Assembly (NCBI GenBank): GCA_002633005.1
Contig: NMRA01000614.1
Coordinates: forward strand, 33,636 to 75,564
Length of the DNA stretch: 41,929 nt
Direction: 5' to 3'
Source of the DNA: Phoronis australis
Lineage: Eukaryota > Animalia > Phoronida
The notes under the pieces were generated by a model. That model worked only from the letters and a program-made list of their open reading frames with translations, ran no database searches and had not been told where the DNA came from. The position numbers were made by a program, and so were the translations under genes. This document shows positions 11,146 to 24,000 of the stretch, one piece after another. The number at the start of each line of letters is the position of its first letter. The stretch's first letter is position 1.

Positions 11146-14100
11146 TCTTGTCTCAATAACATTACTTCAAATCGATAGTATTGCCAAAATTTTCGTTCTT
11201 AGTACCAATCTTGAATCGGTGTATTAAGTGTCGTCAATGTTACAAACTGGATCGAGTTGTTGTATGCGACTGGTCTTTTTCCGCATCCGTCGATTAATTT
11301 TTGAAGGGTTAATTACGCTTGCTGATTTAAGAGACCTTAATTAAGTTTTTAAACTTCATACAATCTTTTGACGGTTGGCAGGGTTGCATAGCGTTATGAT
11401 TGTGCTTCGTTGCTTTAAATTAGGAGGAAATGGAACCAATTCTTTTAGACGTGAAATATATGTACTTTTGTGCAGCATATATTTGTTTCGTTTTATTTCC
11501 CACAGCCTTGAATTAATTACGGTTAATTTTATGCCTTCCATTATACATGAGAGCTTCCTTGGGAAACTCCCTTCATCTCGTTGTCCCATCATTACCAGCT
11601 AGTATATTGATTTTATTGATGTTCGACACCACATATCGACACTAACCACAGCCCAAAGAGCTCGTCATCGGTTGAGACTTTGCTCAAGGTCGGAGCTTGT
11701 ACCAGATTTTAGAAATAGGCAATATTTTGTGTCCCAATTAGAAGAATGATCAGAAAGACGGCAACATTAACATTCCGAAGTTCTGGAATGGTACGATACA
11801 GGCTTCAGTGTTTCAATATGAGATTTATATTTCGTAACACGTCACAAGTCAAAATCATAGCCGGCTTTTGACATAAGTGACTTAGGACCGCGATTACAAA
11901 CCAGAACAGTAGCGTAGATTGGCAATGTGCCCTTTGAGGAACAGACGCTTAGATCTGTCATCGATATCGATTTTCTAACCACTCACAGCGAATTAAATAG
12001 ATTAAATGAATGTTAAAACTTCATAAATCTGCTACTCTTCTACAAATTCTGAAGACTATGATCTTACCAAACTCTGTTGAAGAATAGGATATTTATTTTT
12101 ATATAAGTTGTCCAGATTTTCCAACTACAATATGGCGTTATCCACTGCAATTACTCTGAGCGCCACTTTTAGTTATATTTTTCAGCACATAATGGGGTTC
12201 ATGATTGTAACTAGTGTAATTAGTTAATGTTAAAAGTAAAAGAAGAAATTACACGGTTGTGTTTTTTTACATTAAGAGACTTTTATCTGAACTTTAAGTC
12301 ATCCGGTCGTAATTGACTCAATACATGAACTGGCTGGAATGGCTTTATTACACGTAAGTCCGATTGGTTTTACTAAAACGTCATTACTAGGAAGAGACAG
12401 CTAGTTTGGCTAACGTGCTTTCAAATGTGATTTTAATCGCAAGTTTTCAAGTTATCGGCAATCGAAGCGTTGTGTTTTTAAAGTCTTTGCCTATAAAAGA
12501 CAGCGTGGTTGTCTCTGGCATTCCCCATACTACGAGTTTACAATGTTTACCATTAGGGGCGCCACTGATTGTGGATATATTGTGGGAAATGTGAGATCTT
12601 GAATTGTTTCTGTGCTTGGCCATATCTTCATTCTTTAGTGTGTCTCCGAGGAATTTTATTCAGTGTATAGTTGCACCGCAGTACAGGAGGCAGAAAGGTG
12701 ACATTTTAACAGAGAGCAGTCAAGCCTTTCTACATTCTGCATTTTCACAGGATTTTACCCATTACTTACTGGCACATATCACTGCCGACAATTGTAATAC
12801 ATTTTGTTAATCTTGTATATAAAATATAAAAATCCATACTTGAGAAGCACATTTTCTTTGAGAAGCAAAATCCGTTGAACAATACAGTTTTCTTTTTTTC
12901 ATTTCTTTCATATTTCCGAAAAAGTGATCGACATCTTAACAGTATGGGTGTGAAATACATCCAACGGAGGGCACAACAAGAAAGTCACGCAAATTGTATA
13001 GCATGCGACGATACCCTGTTTGCTGCTATTTTAAAACTGTTTTTTCAAATGAATTTACAAGGGAGACCAGGGGTTTTAGTCGATGTCTATCGTGCTAAGT
13101 GTATTGAATTGATTTGTTTCCACAATTTCTTGACAGATGATTTTTCGCCTCATGGTTTTGCAGAAAGTACTCATGAATGGCTTCATTAAAAGATGCATGA
13201 ATAACCAATTGAATATACAGCAAATTGACAGCAATTTGACATACGGAAACACAGAGTTTAATAACGCTAGGAGCTCGCTAGAAAAGCCTGCTACAAACGA
13301 TTTTAGTTAGTTACATTGCCACATGTATCCTTAGAGTTAATTGATTAATACCTTTGTATTTTGTCACAGAAACGAGAACACCTTTACATTTTCGAATGAA
13401 TTCGATGCATTGTAGGCCATCTAGTGACCATTTTTATTATTTTCGAGTCTGTTTTGTGGCGTCCACTTCTCTGTCGGCCAAACCACATAATTTGAAAATT
13501 GGCATGTGCGTTCAAACTACGAAAAGCACATCTGAATAAGTACCCATCAAGGCGAGACCACCTAATATGTAAAGTTCCACCTGTATTTTACTTAGGCCAT
13601 GCGCAAAGTGGGTACCAGGTGGGGGAGGTTCTCCGTATTTATGTGGATGTACCCTTCGGGGTGTTTTCCTTCGGTATTTATATAGATGTAACCGCTGGGA
13701 TGGGTACATGACAGGGAGGTGGGGTCCATCTATATACATGCCCGGGAGGGTACCTACCAAGAGGTGGGTCTTAACCCTCTATTTACTTAAGTGCATCTAG
13801 TCTTAAACACAGCCTCAGTTGATGACCTTCTAATTACACAGTTGTACTCATTTATAATTGTATTCAACATGGAAACTCTTATATTTATACAAGTGTCCCC
13901 AATTTTTCTGCATGAAAAACAAAAAATGCTAGATAAAAATGTGCAAACTAAATAAGGAACTGTGTTATGTAGCTAAATAATCGACTAACTCAAAGACAGT
14001 CCTTAAAATTGGAAACTAATCTTGTATGAAACTGGCGATGCTTCATCCGACCTCTAACCAGCAAAGTGCAACAGAAGATTTTTCCAAACTGAAAAAGTTC

Positions 14101-14159
14101 TAAGAAATTACTGTCTGTGAATTTTTGACGTAGGTCCATGACTTTTATTTAATTTTGTG

Positions 14160-14250
14160 TCCTTTGCCCTCGCTGCGGGGCTCAGCCATCCTTTGCCCTC
14201 CCTGCGAGGCTCAACCATCATTTGCCCTTACCTGCGGGGCTCAACCACCA
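14160..14250. repeat. Three ~30-bp tandem repeats
   Basis: tttgccct..ctgcg.ggctca.cca repeated three times. Confidence 0.75.
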
Positions 14251-14299
14251 GAAGCTTGGGTCCCGTGTTTCAACAAGGGTTACAAAACCAATGTGCCTA

Positions 14300-15895
14300 T
14301 CGCCCTGGGTGCTTAAATTGGGAATCTCTGAGGCAGAGGTATGGGCGATTACCAAGCAGTGGGCGCTTAAACCGAAAAATTGGCCAGAAGTCGGGAGTGG
14401 GCGATTACCCAAGCAGTGGGCCTTTCCGTCCAAGTTTTAGCCGAACTGGGGAAGCTCGTGGGGTGTTCATTCGAGCACGGAACTTGTAAGTTTGGTCAAA
14501 CAGCGGCACCCGACAATCATAAAGTTTCTCACGGCTCTAAAAGAAACAGGATTTCGACTTTAAAAGGGTGATTTCGCGAGAAAGTTGCAAACTCCATGTT
14601 TTTAAATATATCAGCACGCTGCAAAATGTCATACCACGGAGCTTTATGAAACTCGAATGACAGTCCACCGTGTCAGCAAGTCAGTACTGTTTCAGATCGG
14701 TGAACGGAACTACATTTCGTTTCCAACGCTATTGTATTATTAGTTTTGTTCGTACGACTGTGTTTAGTTGAAACTTTCCCGGTCCCGTCTCGTCGTTGTT
14801 AATGTCGTCTGCGTATTGAACCCGATAAACTTTCGATTCACTGTATAGTTTATCTGGCGCTGGATTAAAAACATTGATGATTCGTTCCTGGCCGACACAA
14901 ACCCTTTGCAATTAAAACGAGAGTGAGGGGATGCGAATAAGTGTCCAATTCAAATCTGGGTTACCTCAGGAAATGAATTTATCAGTCACGTGCTCTATGC
15001 CTGCAATTACAACCAGAGGGGGTTTGATTGACTGGTCATTTCAAATCTGGGTCAACCCAGGAGAAAAATCAAGTGAAAATACATGCCGATGTTTCGAAGT
15101 TTTATCTCTTCTCATCAAATACTCAAAAAAAACTTGATCTACTGCACTCGAAAAAGTATCGGAAATGGTGTCTGATACGAAAAAATTTAGACAAGGTAAT
15201 TCGAAAACTTGTCACCTAAACAAACTTACGTCGGTGACGAGCCGGATGTCGTAGGCCTAATCTGGTAATAGACTAGCGTCACTTCTATAAAAATATACGG
15301 AATAGACTTATATTGTTTTAACAAAAGATGAGTTGATAAGTTTAAAAAAGGTGTTTGTAGTGCTTGAGTTATTCCACCAAGGCCGGCTGAAAAACGTACT
15401 TTTCGAAACAATTGTACGCAGGTAGACATGCGCGCACCCAGCCTTCAATATGGGGGGCTCGAATTCCTGACGATGTGGACCTTTTGGTAACAAAAAGCGG
15501 GCGGACTAAAAAAATTGTGCTTTTTTAGTGGACTTTTGTCTCACTTTTTGTTTCTCAAAGGCGGACTTTTTTGCCTACTTCGCCAACTGGGGGATCGTTC
15601 GAGCCCCCCCGAACCCCCCCTGGGTCCGCGCATGGTGTAATCACGCTGGGTTTCCGCAAACACGAAAGTCTGAGCCAGTTGCGAAGCTGTGAACAAAAGC
15701 ATGAGTTCAAGCGAAAGTTCTGTAAGCGGTAAGTTGGTGATGGGCGACTACCTAAGAGATGGGTGCTTACGTGGAAATTAGCACAAAGTAGGGGATGGGC
15801 GATTACCCAAGAAATGGGCGCTTAAATTGAAAATTGACCAAAAGTCAGGGATGAGCGATTACCTGGGCATGGCCGTTAACCCGCGAGTTTAGGTA
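14300..15895. repeat. ~56-bp unit repeat (tgggcgattacc..g...tgggcgcttaa...gaaaatt) in two blocks separated by unrelated DNA
   Basis: Units at about 14342-14420 and 15741-15870; ~1.3 kb between them includes the MITE at 15427-15634. Confidence 0.6.
15427..15634. mobile_element. MITE with CATGCGCGCACCCAG termini, copy 1
   Basis: catgcgcgcacccag ... ctgggtccgcgcatg inverted ends; interior similar to copies at 26852 and 29091. Confidence 0.75.
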
Positions 15896-17670
15896 AATGT
15901 TTTGACCTCCGAAGTAGATGAAACAACTTCACTTTAAAACACTTGACTTCACTCAGGAGGCGAATTTGCCCCCTCCTTTCAAAGATAAATATTGAAAGAA
16001 ACGTCTTTTTTCAGGCCTTTGGTAGTTTATTTAACAAAACTAAGCTTTTCTATTAATAATTTTCAACATTAATACGATTTCATTAGATTTTAGTTGCCAT
16101 TGTAAAGTTTATTTAACAAATATTACACGTGTTAATACCTCTAGCAATAAGCTTTTCATAAAACATTTACTGTACAGTAGCAGTCGTTTTCAGTTTTTGC
16201 GAAACTTTTAATACCCAATTATCATTTAAATGTCATCTGGCAATTATTTTTACACCAGTGTTTCTGATTGGCTGGTCGAATTCTCAACAGGTAGCGCTTT
16301 ACGCAAACAAATTGGCATGACTGATGGAGGAAGTGTAAAATGTGGTCTGTTGTACAGACAAATCGGTGCTTAAAATTCATGTTCAACAAATGTGAGTCCC
16401 AAAAAATTGTGGTTGCGCCTTTTCGGAGTGCAACTTTCTACTGTCGCTGACTTATGTTTACGTTACTCTCCTGTATTCATATAGTATCAAACAACACACC
16501 AATTAAATCGGCCAGATGTGTGTTTGTTGGACATGTATGTGCTTCAAGCACGCGACTATTAAACATTACTGTAGAAACGAAATATTGGCTGCTACGCCAC
16601 TTGCATGACAAGGCTAAAAATCGCTCATAGTAAGCCATTTTCTCACTTTGTTGTAAAGCTAACCAGTGATAAAGCGCGTGCTACTTAATGGTATCTGCAT
16701 GTGATCTCTACACGTAGGGAATCAGCGAGGGGATTCTCCCAACAACATTTGTTGAATAAAACAAATGAATACATCGTGAACGGTTAATGGAACCGAACGC
16801 ACAAACGGACACGTTGAAGTTTCATATTTTAGCAGACATGAGACCCAGTACAAGGTTGCTTGAAACAGTCTCAAATCGGTACTCAGCTAAGTTCCCTGTT
16901 TTTTGGATTTGTGGGCTTGTGGAAACGCGGATTGTCATTTCTTATGTTGTTTGAGTCTTATACTAATATCTCAATACTAGGCCTATTTAGAAAACGAGTA
17001 AAATCATTTCATGCAACGCCTCTAATTTAAAGACTAAGTCCCTAAATATTTTGACTGAAACAAGGGCTCAATTTTTAGTTTTAGAATTTTTTCAACTTTA
17101 GAAGACTTTGCGGATATGTGGGCTTGGGTAATTTTCGGAATATGGGGGATGTAAGCGAACTCTCCTCGGTCTTCTATTGGACGACTTGATGGAGGTTGTT
17201 AGTCATGAATATCAATATACAAGATGTTAGTTTATATTTGCAGGGCACTGACAGAATGTATTCGCTAATATCCGAGTACGCTTGCACAAATAATGCTGCT
17301 GACGTCATCCAGCGTTAAAATAAATATCATGTGAAAGATAATTACAAAATGTTCTGTCAAATATTTACTATACCCGGCGAACATTCGACCATCACCATTG
17401 TTGTCTGCTTTTCACGTTGGTTACAACAGTAAATTACAAACATAGATCGTAATCTGAAAACTTACCTCGATTTAAAATCAATCATTTCCATTAACTAAAA
17501 GTGTACCGTTGTTTGTCTGAGTTAATTTTCCGCAGTTACAGCACACAAGATTTTTTTAATTCTTTAACCTATTCACCTAATGTAAATCAATAATTTTAGG
17601 TGTAACCGGCATACATATATTGTTGGTGAGCCTGTTTTTTTTTTAATGACTTGGCTGCGTAAGTGCAGGA

Positions 17671-18048
17671 ATGCAAGTTTTTGCGAGTTTTCTGATTTTG
17701 GTGTTTCTGAAAACAGTTTCGTCCCAGTCCTCCATTTATGGAATACCGTTGACTATATGTGCCGTGAACTCGTCCTCTGACATGTATAGAGTGGGTTATG
17801 CACCAGTTCCTAGTTCGCATGGGTCTAATTACTACACGTCGGAGCCTGCAAATAGTGATCTCGAATGCGCACTGCTGTGTAAGCGAGATTTCGGCGTGTG
17901 CATTTCAGCCTTATGGGATCCAAATACGCGAACCTGCCAGCTAAGCAACACCATACTTCGTGCTCAGGATCCTAATTCACACTTTCTGAATGCATCCGCC
18001 ATGGGAAACCTCCAAGCAGTGGCGATGGTTTCACTTTATACAAATGTT
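17671..18048 (+). CDS. Gene 2 first coding exon: signal peptide + PAN/Apple domain
   Basis: MQVFASFLILVFLKTVSS is a hydrophobic leader. SDLECALLCKRDFGVCISALWDPNTRTCQLS matches the PAN core C-x3-C-x6-C-x-S...C-x-L. Donor GTgagt at 18049, phase 0. Confidence 0.85.
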
Positions 18049-21000
18049 GTGAGTACAATAACCCAGGCTTTGTTTTTAAACTAAGGAGGAAACTGGTTAG
18101 CAGCAGTGATAGTAGTCTCCACTGTTGCTCAGTGGTTTGATCTCCGGATTCCTATTGGGAGACCTGGGTTCGAATCCTGGCTTCACCGGTTGACCAAATT
18201 TCTGTCTCAAGTCTTAAGTGACTTTCATGAAACAGGCCGCAGGGGCGGACATTTTCTAAAATGCTTCAAAAAAGGGAGAAGCATTTAAAACAAGCGTTAC
18301 TTATGTGCGAAATACCCGATTATGTCTCACTACACCGTGAGAGAATACTCCTAACATGAATTATTACGTCAATAATAGGTACTTGCAGTTTCTCACGGTA
18401 AGAAAATAGACTGATTTGGATAGAGCTCAGTAAAAGCTAAGACCTCGCTAAACACCAAGATTTCGGAGATAACGTGAGATATTGCCGTGTATTTTAAATG
18501 AGGACATGTAATTTTAGCTACCCCGATGTCTGATTTTGGAGTGGACCGATTAGAAAATAGGTCAGGTATTTGACGACTTTCACACGTGGATTTTGTTTCT
18601 GATCAGGCGGAATGTGAACGCTTTGCAATCAAGTAGATCGAATAAGAACAGAATGGTGGTATGAGGGTCACGTGTGCAGTGACTACCAGAGTGCATACAG
18701 TTATAGACGCGGCGCCGCAGTCTTGTAAATGTAATGACACATCTATGCAAATATTCGAGGAAACCAACAGAAATACGGCAGTTTTTATTTTTTAATTTAA
18801 AATTTGTGGATTGTTGTTTAGATTGTACTTTGCGTTTGCAATTGTCTTTGAGTACATGAAATTATTTTGTAATAGTGGTTAGGAGCCTATTTATTTGAAA
18901 TAAATGATAACTCTTTTAGTAAATTTCGCCTGATCATTTCGAGATAATAATTGAGTCAATGTTGTGCCGTCTCTGTGAAATTACTGCAGTACTTTATGTT
19001 TGCTTTAGTTGAAGAAGGGAGTTATAGATCGAAGCAGCGAGTGTACTGTCCAAAACTGTGCAGCGGGAGCTCACACATGTAGGAGAGAGTGCAGCAATAA
19101 TACTTCTGTATGCATGGGTAAGCCATCGTCTGTAGTACTCGTGTTATATTGGGTGGGCACCAGCTATAACTGCTTAAACCGGAACTAAGACAATCGCCGT
19201 ATTAACAATGGAGAGCTCCGTAATGTCAAATAAGTTAATAATTACAGCGATCACAGGGCCCGGTCTCTAATCTTTGTACTCGAAACGAACTCGAAACTAT
19301 TTTTGGTAATTTCTCTGCTCCTTTTGTGCGAACTTAAGATAATTGGTTATCAGACTGTGCTCGAATACATTATAGTTTATGCATAGGAGTTTCTAGTTCA
19401 AGTTTGCCCTTGAAGACCCTTATATTCGTGCTACAAACTTGAGTAAAAACTCGAAATTTCGAGTTCAAACTCGAACTTATTGCTTTAATATTGGGTTTAC
19501 AAACTGTGAACTAAGGGCAATAAATTATCTACGTAAGTTATTATGTACTCGAGCATAGAATAATAGACACTTATTTTGAGTTCGCCCAAAAGTAGAGTAC
19601 AAAATGCCAAACCTAATTTCGAGTTCCATTTCGAGTAAAAGATTGGAGACCGGGCCCAGGTCGCGTGAATATGTAAACACAACCTACCGAATTAGCGTGA
19701 TGGCGTGTATTCACTATTATACAGTGACTGTCTATGAAGTCAAAATCTTGGTCTTTGGACCCTAAAATGCGATGATAACCACTGAGTTCACGAAATTCAC
19801 GGATGTGGGATATATTTGGACTTTCGATAGTATGTCGGTCACTCATTTGCTCAGTCAGTTACCATTTTTTACCCAATATGTGGTCGTTGAGTTATGATAG
19901 GTGAGATTCCCAAACTGAACAAAAGAACAGTCCATCATGGCGGGCCAAAGCTCCCCTAATGATTACACTTAAAAAGGCGCCAATAGTCACGCGACCCATG
20001 TTCTTATAAACGGGAAGTTCTGGTTTTTAAGTTTTTGCTGTTGAGTATTACGCCTCAAGTCACTTTCATGAAGCGGGTTCCAGCTTTGCCTTTTGGACCC
20101 ATTTAAAAACAAATGTAATGTCAGATTCCGTATATATGACCTAAAGACACTCAAGTTTGTTTACGTGACCCTGGTGCTGTGGAAAGTAGTGGCTTGAGAA
20201 CAAGAAGATCCCGTTCGGCTGCATTGAGAATTATTGACCCCGTAATAAATTTAAAGTTTGTCAAAATCATCTAATAATTTGGTTTAACTAGTCGAAAGCC
20301 ACAAAAATTGAGACTTGAATTAAGGCAAGTTAACACCAGTTGTTTTCCTGTAATCAGAATTTTCCTTCGAAACAGGAACCCGGTGTAGAACAGACATCCC
20401 GGAGTGGAAAACAGACTTCTGCACCTTCAACACAGCGAACCAGCACGAAAAACTCGGACCCTGACCTTTAAAACAGAAACCCCCGGGATCGATTAGGAAA
20501 CCCGCAGGACAATTTTTCAAATTTTCTGAGACCGTTTTTACTTGCCTCAACCTTTGAGTCAAAATATCTTCAAGTACTTTCCAGTTGTTTTATGAATAAA
20601 AATTGTTAACGATAAAACGTAACTTATGTTATATTGATTTTGATATTTGAGTTTTATCGATAAAACTGGTACAACTTGTCTGTGGGCGAATTTCAACGTA
20701 ATCTATTCTCTCAACACGTTGTTTTCTCGGTGAATATTTAGTTAATTTTAGATTATACATTCACAATAGTTTCTCCAAAAATATTTTCAAAAATGAAAAA
20801 ACAAACATATTATTTCGACTTTCGAGTGCCATTGTTGATTAATTTGTTGGGATATGTACGCAACCTCGTAAAAGAAAAACAGCTGATTGCGCAAAAAAAA
20901 GAAAATGGCCAATAGGCGACGAAATATTTAATTTCGAAAACGCCGACGCAAAAGATTGCACCACAACTTAGCAACATAGCAACAACGCAGAACGCCTAAC

Positions 21001-24000
21001 CGTCATCAGTTGTCTAAAATTCTCAGATAGTAAAACAACAACCATTTAAAGTATGACGATTCATTTTCCATCAAACAGTGGTGCGGGAGCGGTTTTTTGG
21101 TCTTGGTATATCTCTAGGTGTCCTGTCCGATCCCTTTGGTTCCTGTTTTAAAGGTCAGGGTTCGAGATTTTCGGGCTGGTTAGCTGTTTAAAATTTGCGG
21201 AAGTCTGTTTTCGACTCCGGAATATCTGTTTTACACAGGCGTTCCCCTGTTTCGATGAAACATCTTGGATATTCTTTGGTCGGAATGAAGCGTTAAGGTG
21301 TTATTTTTTGGCTGGACGAACCCCTTCCTTCTTTGAAGTTCGAATTTTTCATTTCACGTGTGTTTTGGACACGCGTCTCAATTCTAAGGTATGTAAAACC
21401 TATTGCGTCACATTCAATTGGCTTTTCTGTACATTTACATCCAAGTTTGGTATTTAAACGCCAGCTAACTAGGCAAAGGATTTCTATGTGAACAGAATAG
21501 TTAAAAAGTTTCCATGACCGCACATTGAGCCTCTGTTCACTTTTCATTTTAGCTCCACTTGAAAGCTGTGATCAAATCCCCGTTTCCAATATTCGTCATT
21601 GGTACTGGAAGTCTTGGGAAAGTGATGCTGATCATGACGTATTGCTGGTAAGGAGTCTCTGGTAGAGCGAACCATGCACCATACGAATAAACTGATGTTT
21701 TATTTTTCACAAAAACAAATTATTCTTTCTATAAATTTGTTAAAATAGAGGCAATAAACCAAGCCTTGTGTCAAAAACTAACTTATTATTCATATGACGT
21801 AGACCGTTACAGTTTCCTTTTGTTTTTTACTCCGATAAGAATCGATTAAGAAAGACTGATAAGTCCTCAATGCGTCGGACCAAGCCATCTAGGTTGCTTA
21901 ACTAGAGGCGAGTTTCATGTATATACACATATAGAGTGAGTCGCCAAGACAGCATGGCCGTAACAGGAATTCTGGGCTGGACTTTCATCGAAACCAATTT
22001 CAATGCGAGGATAAAAAGTTGCTAATGTTGCTCGACGAAAGCAACTACGCCTCGTATGAAATTTTGTGCTTGTGGTTTTTGTTTGTTTTTGACTTATTAT
22101 AGTGATTCTTATAACAATACTTATAATAGCAATAGCAATGTATGTCTTGTTTTGGAGATTGTCGAAAGCACTACTCTTCGTATCCGGTTTGCACGCATGC
22201 ATACAAGTGTAGTTGTAGAGAGAGTGCGTTTTGCTACAAATACATTTAATGTTTTATAAAGTAAATCATGTGGTAGAGAGCGCGCTGCAAACCAAAAAGT
22301 GGAGGCGAAATCATATTTGATAGATTATCCAAATGATGTACATTTGAATCAATCGCCATGCGAATGTTTTTGAAGCCTTTAATGAGCAGTGCGCTTGCGA
22401 CACTTCCGGGTTCATCTTAGCGCTCTGCACAAAACAGGGACACACCTTTCAGCCATAGGTCATAAAAAACAAATTTCGTTCTTGTTTTTAAGAGATTGAT
22501 TCTTCCTAGAGATAATGTTCAGCCATGAAATGAAATATAGCATAAGCGCTTAAGTTTTGTACGATCGAGGTGCATGTATTACGATAACGCGTACATGCTA
22601 TTTAACCTGAAGCTCCCATCTTCCTTGCAGTTACTCATGAACCTAACAAAATGTAAAAACAGCCAAATCTAACGGAAATCATCACCGTCACAAATGAGAG
22701 CTGTCCACGGGTTTTGCCAAGCGTTCGTGTATTTTTATGAGCTAAACTTAGCTCATTGGTGTACGAAATGGTCATTCAAATCGATTTTTGAGTCCTACCT
22801 ATGCCATACATTGTTTATATAAATTAACTTGCATGATTTGCTTTGAAATTTCATGATTTCAATTTGATAATTTTCAACACAATTTCGGTAAATAACCCCA
22901 TTTTACCATTTACCATTATTGAAGTCAATTTTTACAGAATATCACGTACAAGAAACGGTACAACTTCACAAGCCTCAGAGTGCAATATCGCGGAACTTTC
23001 ATGGGTGCCCACAATGAACAAAATGCGTGTTCAAGGTGGTACTTTACATTCAATGACAGAGAGTGCCAGACACCAGGATCTATAGAAGCTGTGTGGGCCT
23101 CGTCAGTGAAACTTAACTACCGCAGGAGCGGACGTGGTAAGTGCGGTCACCCTAGCAACCACCGAGTTTGTGATCCCCCAACAACACCCCATATCAGTCA
23201 GCCACAGGTGTGCCCCTCGTTTATTAAAACATTATTTTCCCACATAATGGAATTATTTTCGTTTCAACCCAGTTTACACTTACAAATGTCTACGGATATT
23301 GGTTATTATTGGTGCGTGCTGTCTACACTTTCTTTTCTAATAGAACAATTTAACAATTACGAGCCAAAAAAACACCAAAACCGCCATTAGCACCTCGCCA
23401 AATACTTCACTGAAGCTACTATGGTCCGTCCAAGAATCAAATTTTAGATTCATTCTCTTATCGCCTGTAGAACTGCATTGAATTCAGGGCCTCAGGAAGC
23501 GGGGAGGCCATCGATGATATTCAAGTGGTTACCCTTTTTATGTTTTTATTGACAAAATTTTAAGGGTCCACTCTAGGATAAAGGGCCCAAAGTTGGACTA
23601 GATTACTTCTAGTTTCCTGTAGTATGGGATGTTCACTTACTTAGAAACGTGGTGGGTTGTTTGTAGACGTTTCCACCTGGTCCGCCAGGTCTTTGTCAAT
23701 GAATGAGGGATTTCCCGCGTTTCGTTGGTTAAGAATGTTTGAATACATGGGAGGTAAGTGGTGGCCTCGGTCCCAATTCAAGAGGGGTGCTGAATGCTGA
23801 TGTTTATTGACTCTTTTAGCTTGCCAGCATACCAGTGTTGTTCTTTGGCTAGGATCCTGGATGATGCAAGAAAGATAGAATGCCCAGTCGCCAATAGACC
23901 CAATTCACACCGATTTTAGGCTGGGCGCGCTCATCTGCCGAAATGCTGCTTGTTCCCCCCCCCTCCGAACTCAAAATCCTGGATCCGCCCCCGCTACGGG

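Noticed and set aside
18115-18190. tRNA gene
   Set aside because: A and B boxes are present but there is no convincing cloverleaf; better explained as a SINE head. The same applies to 10022 and 28583.
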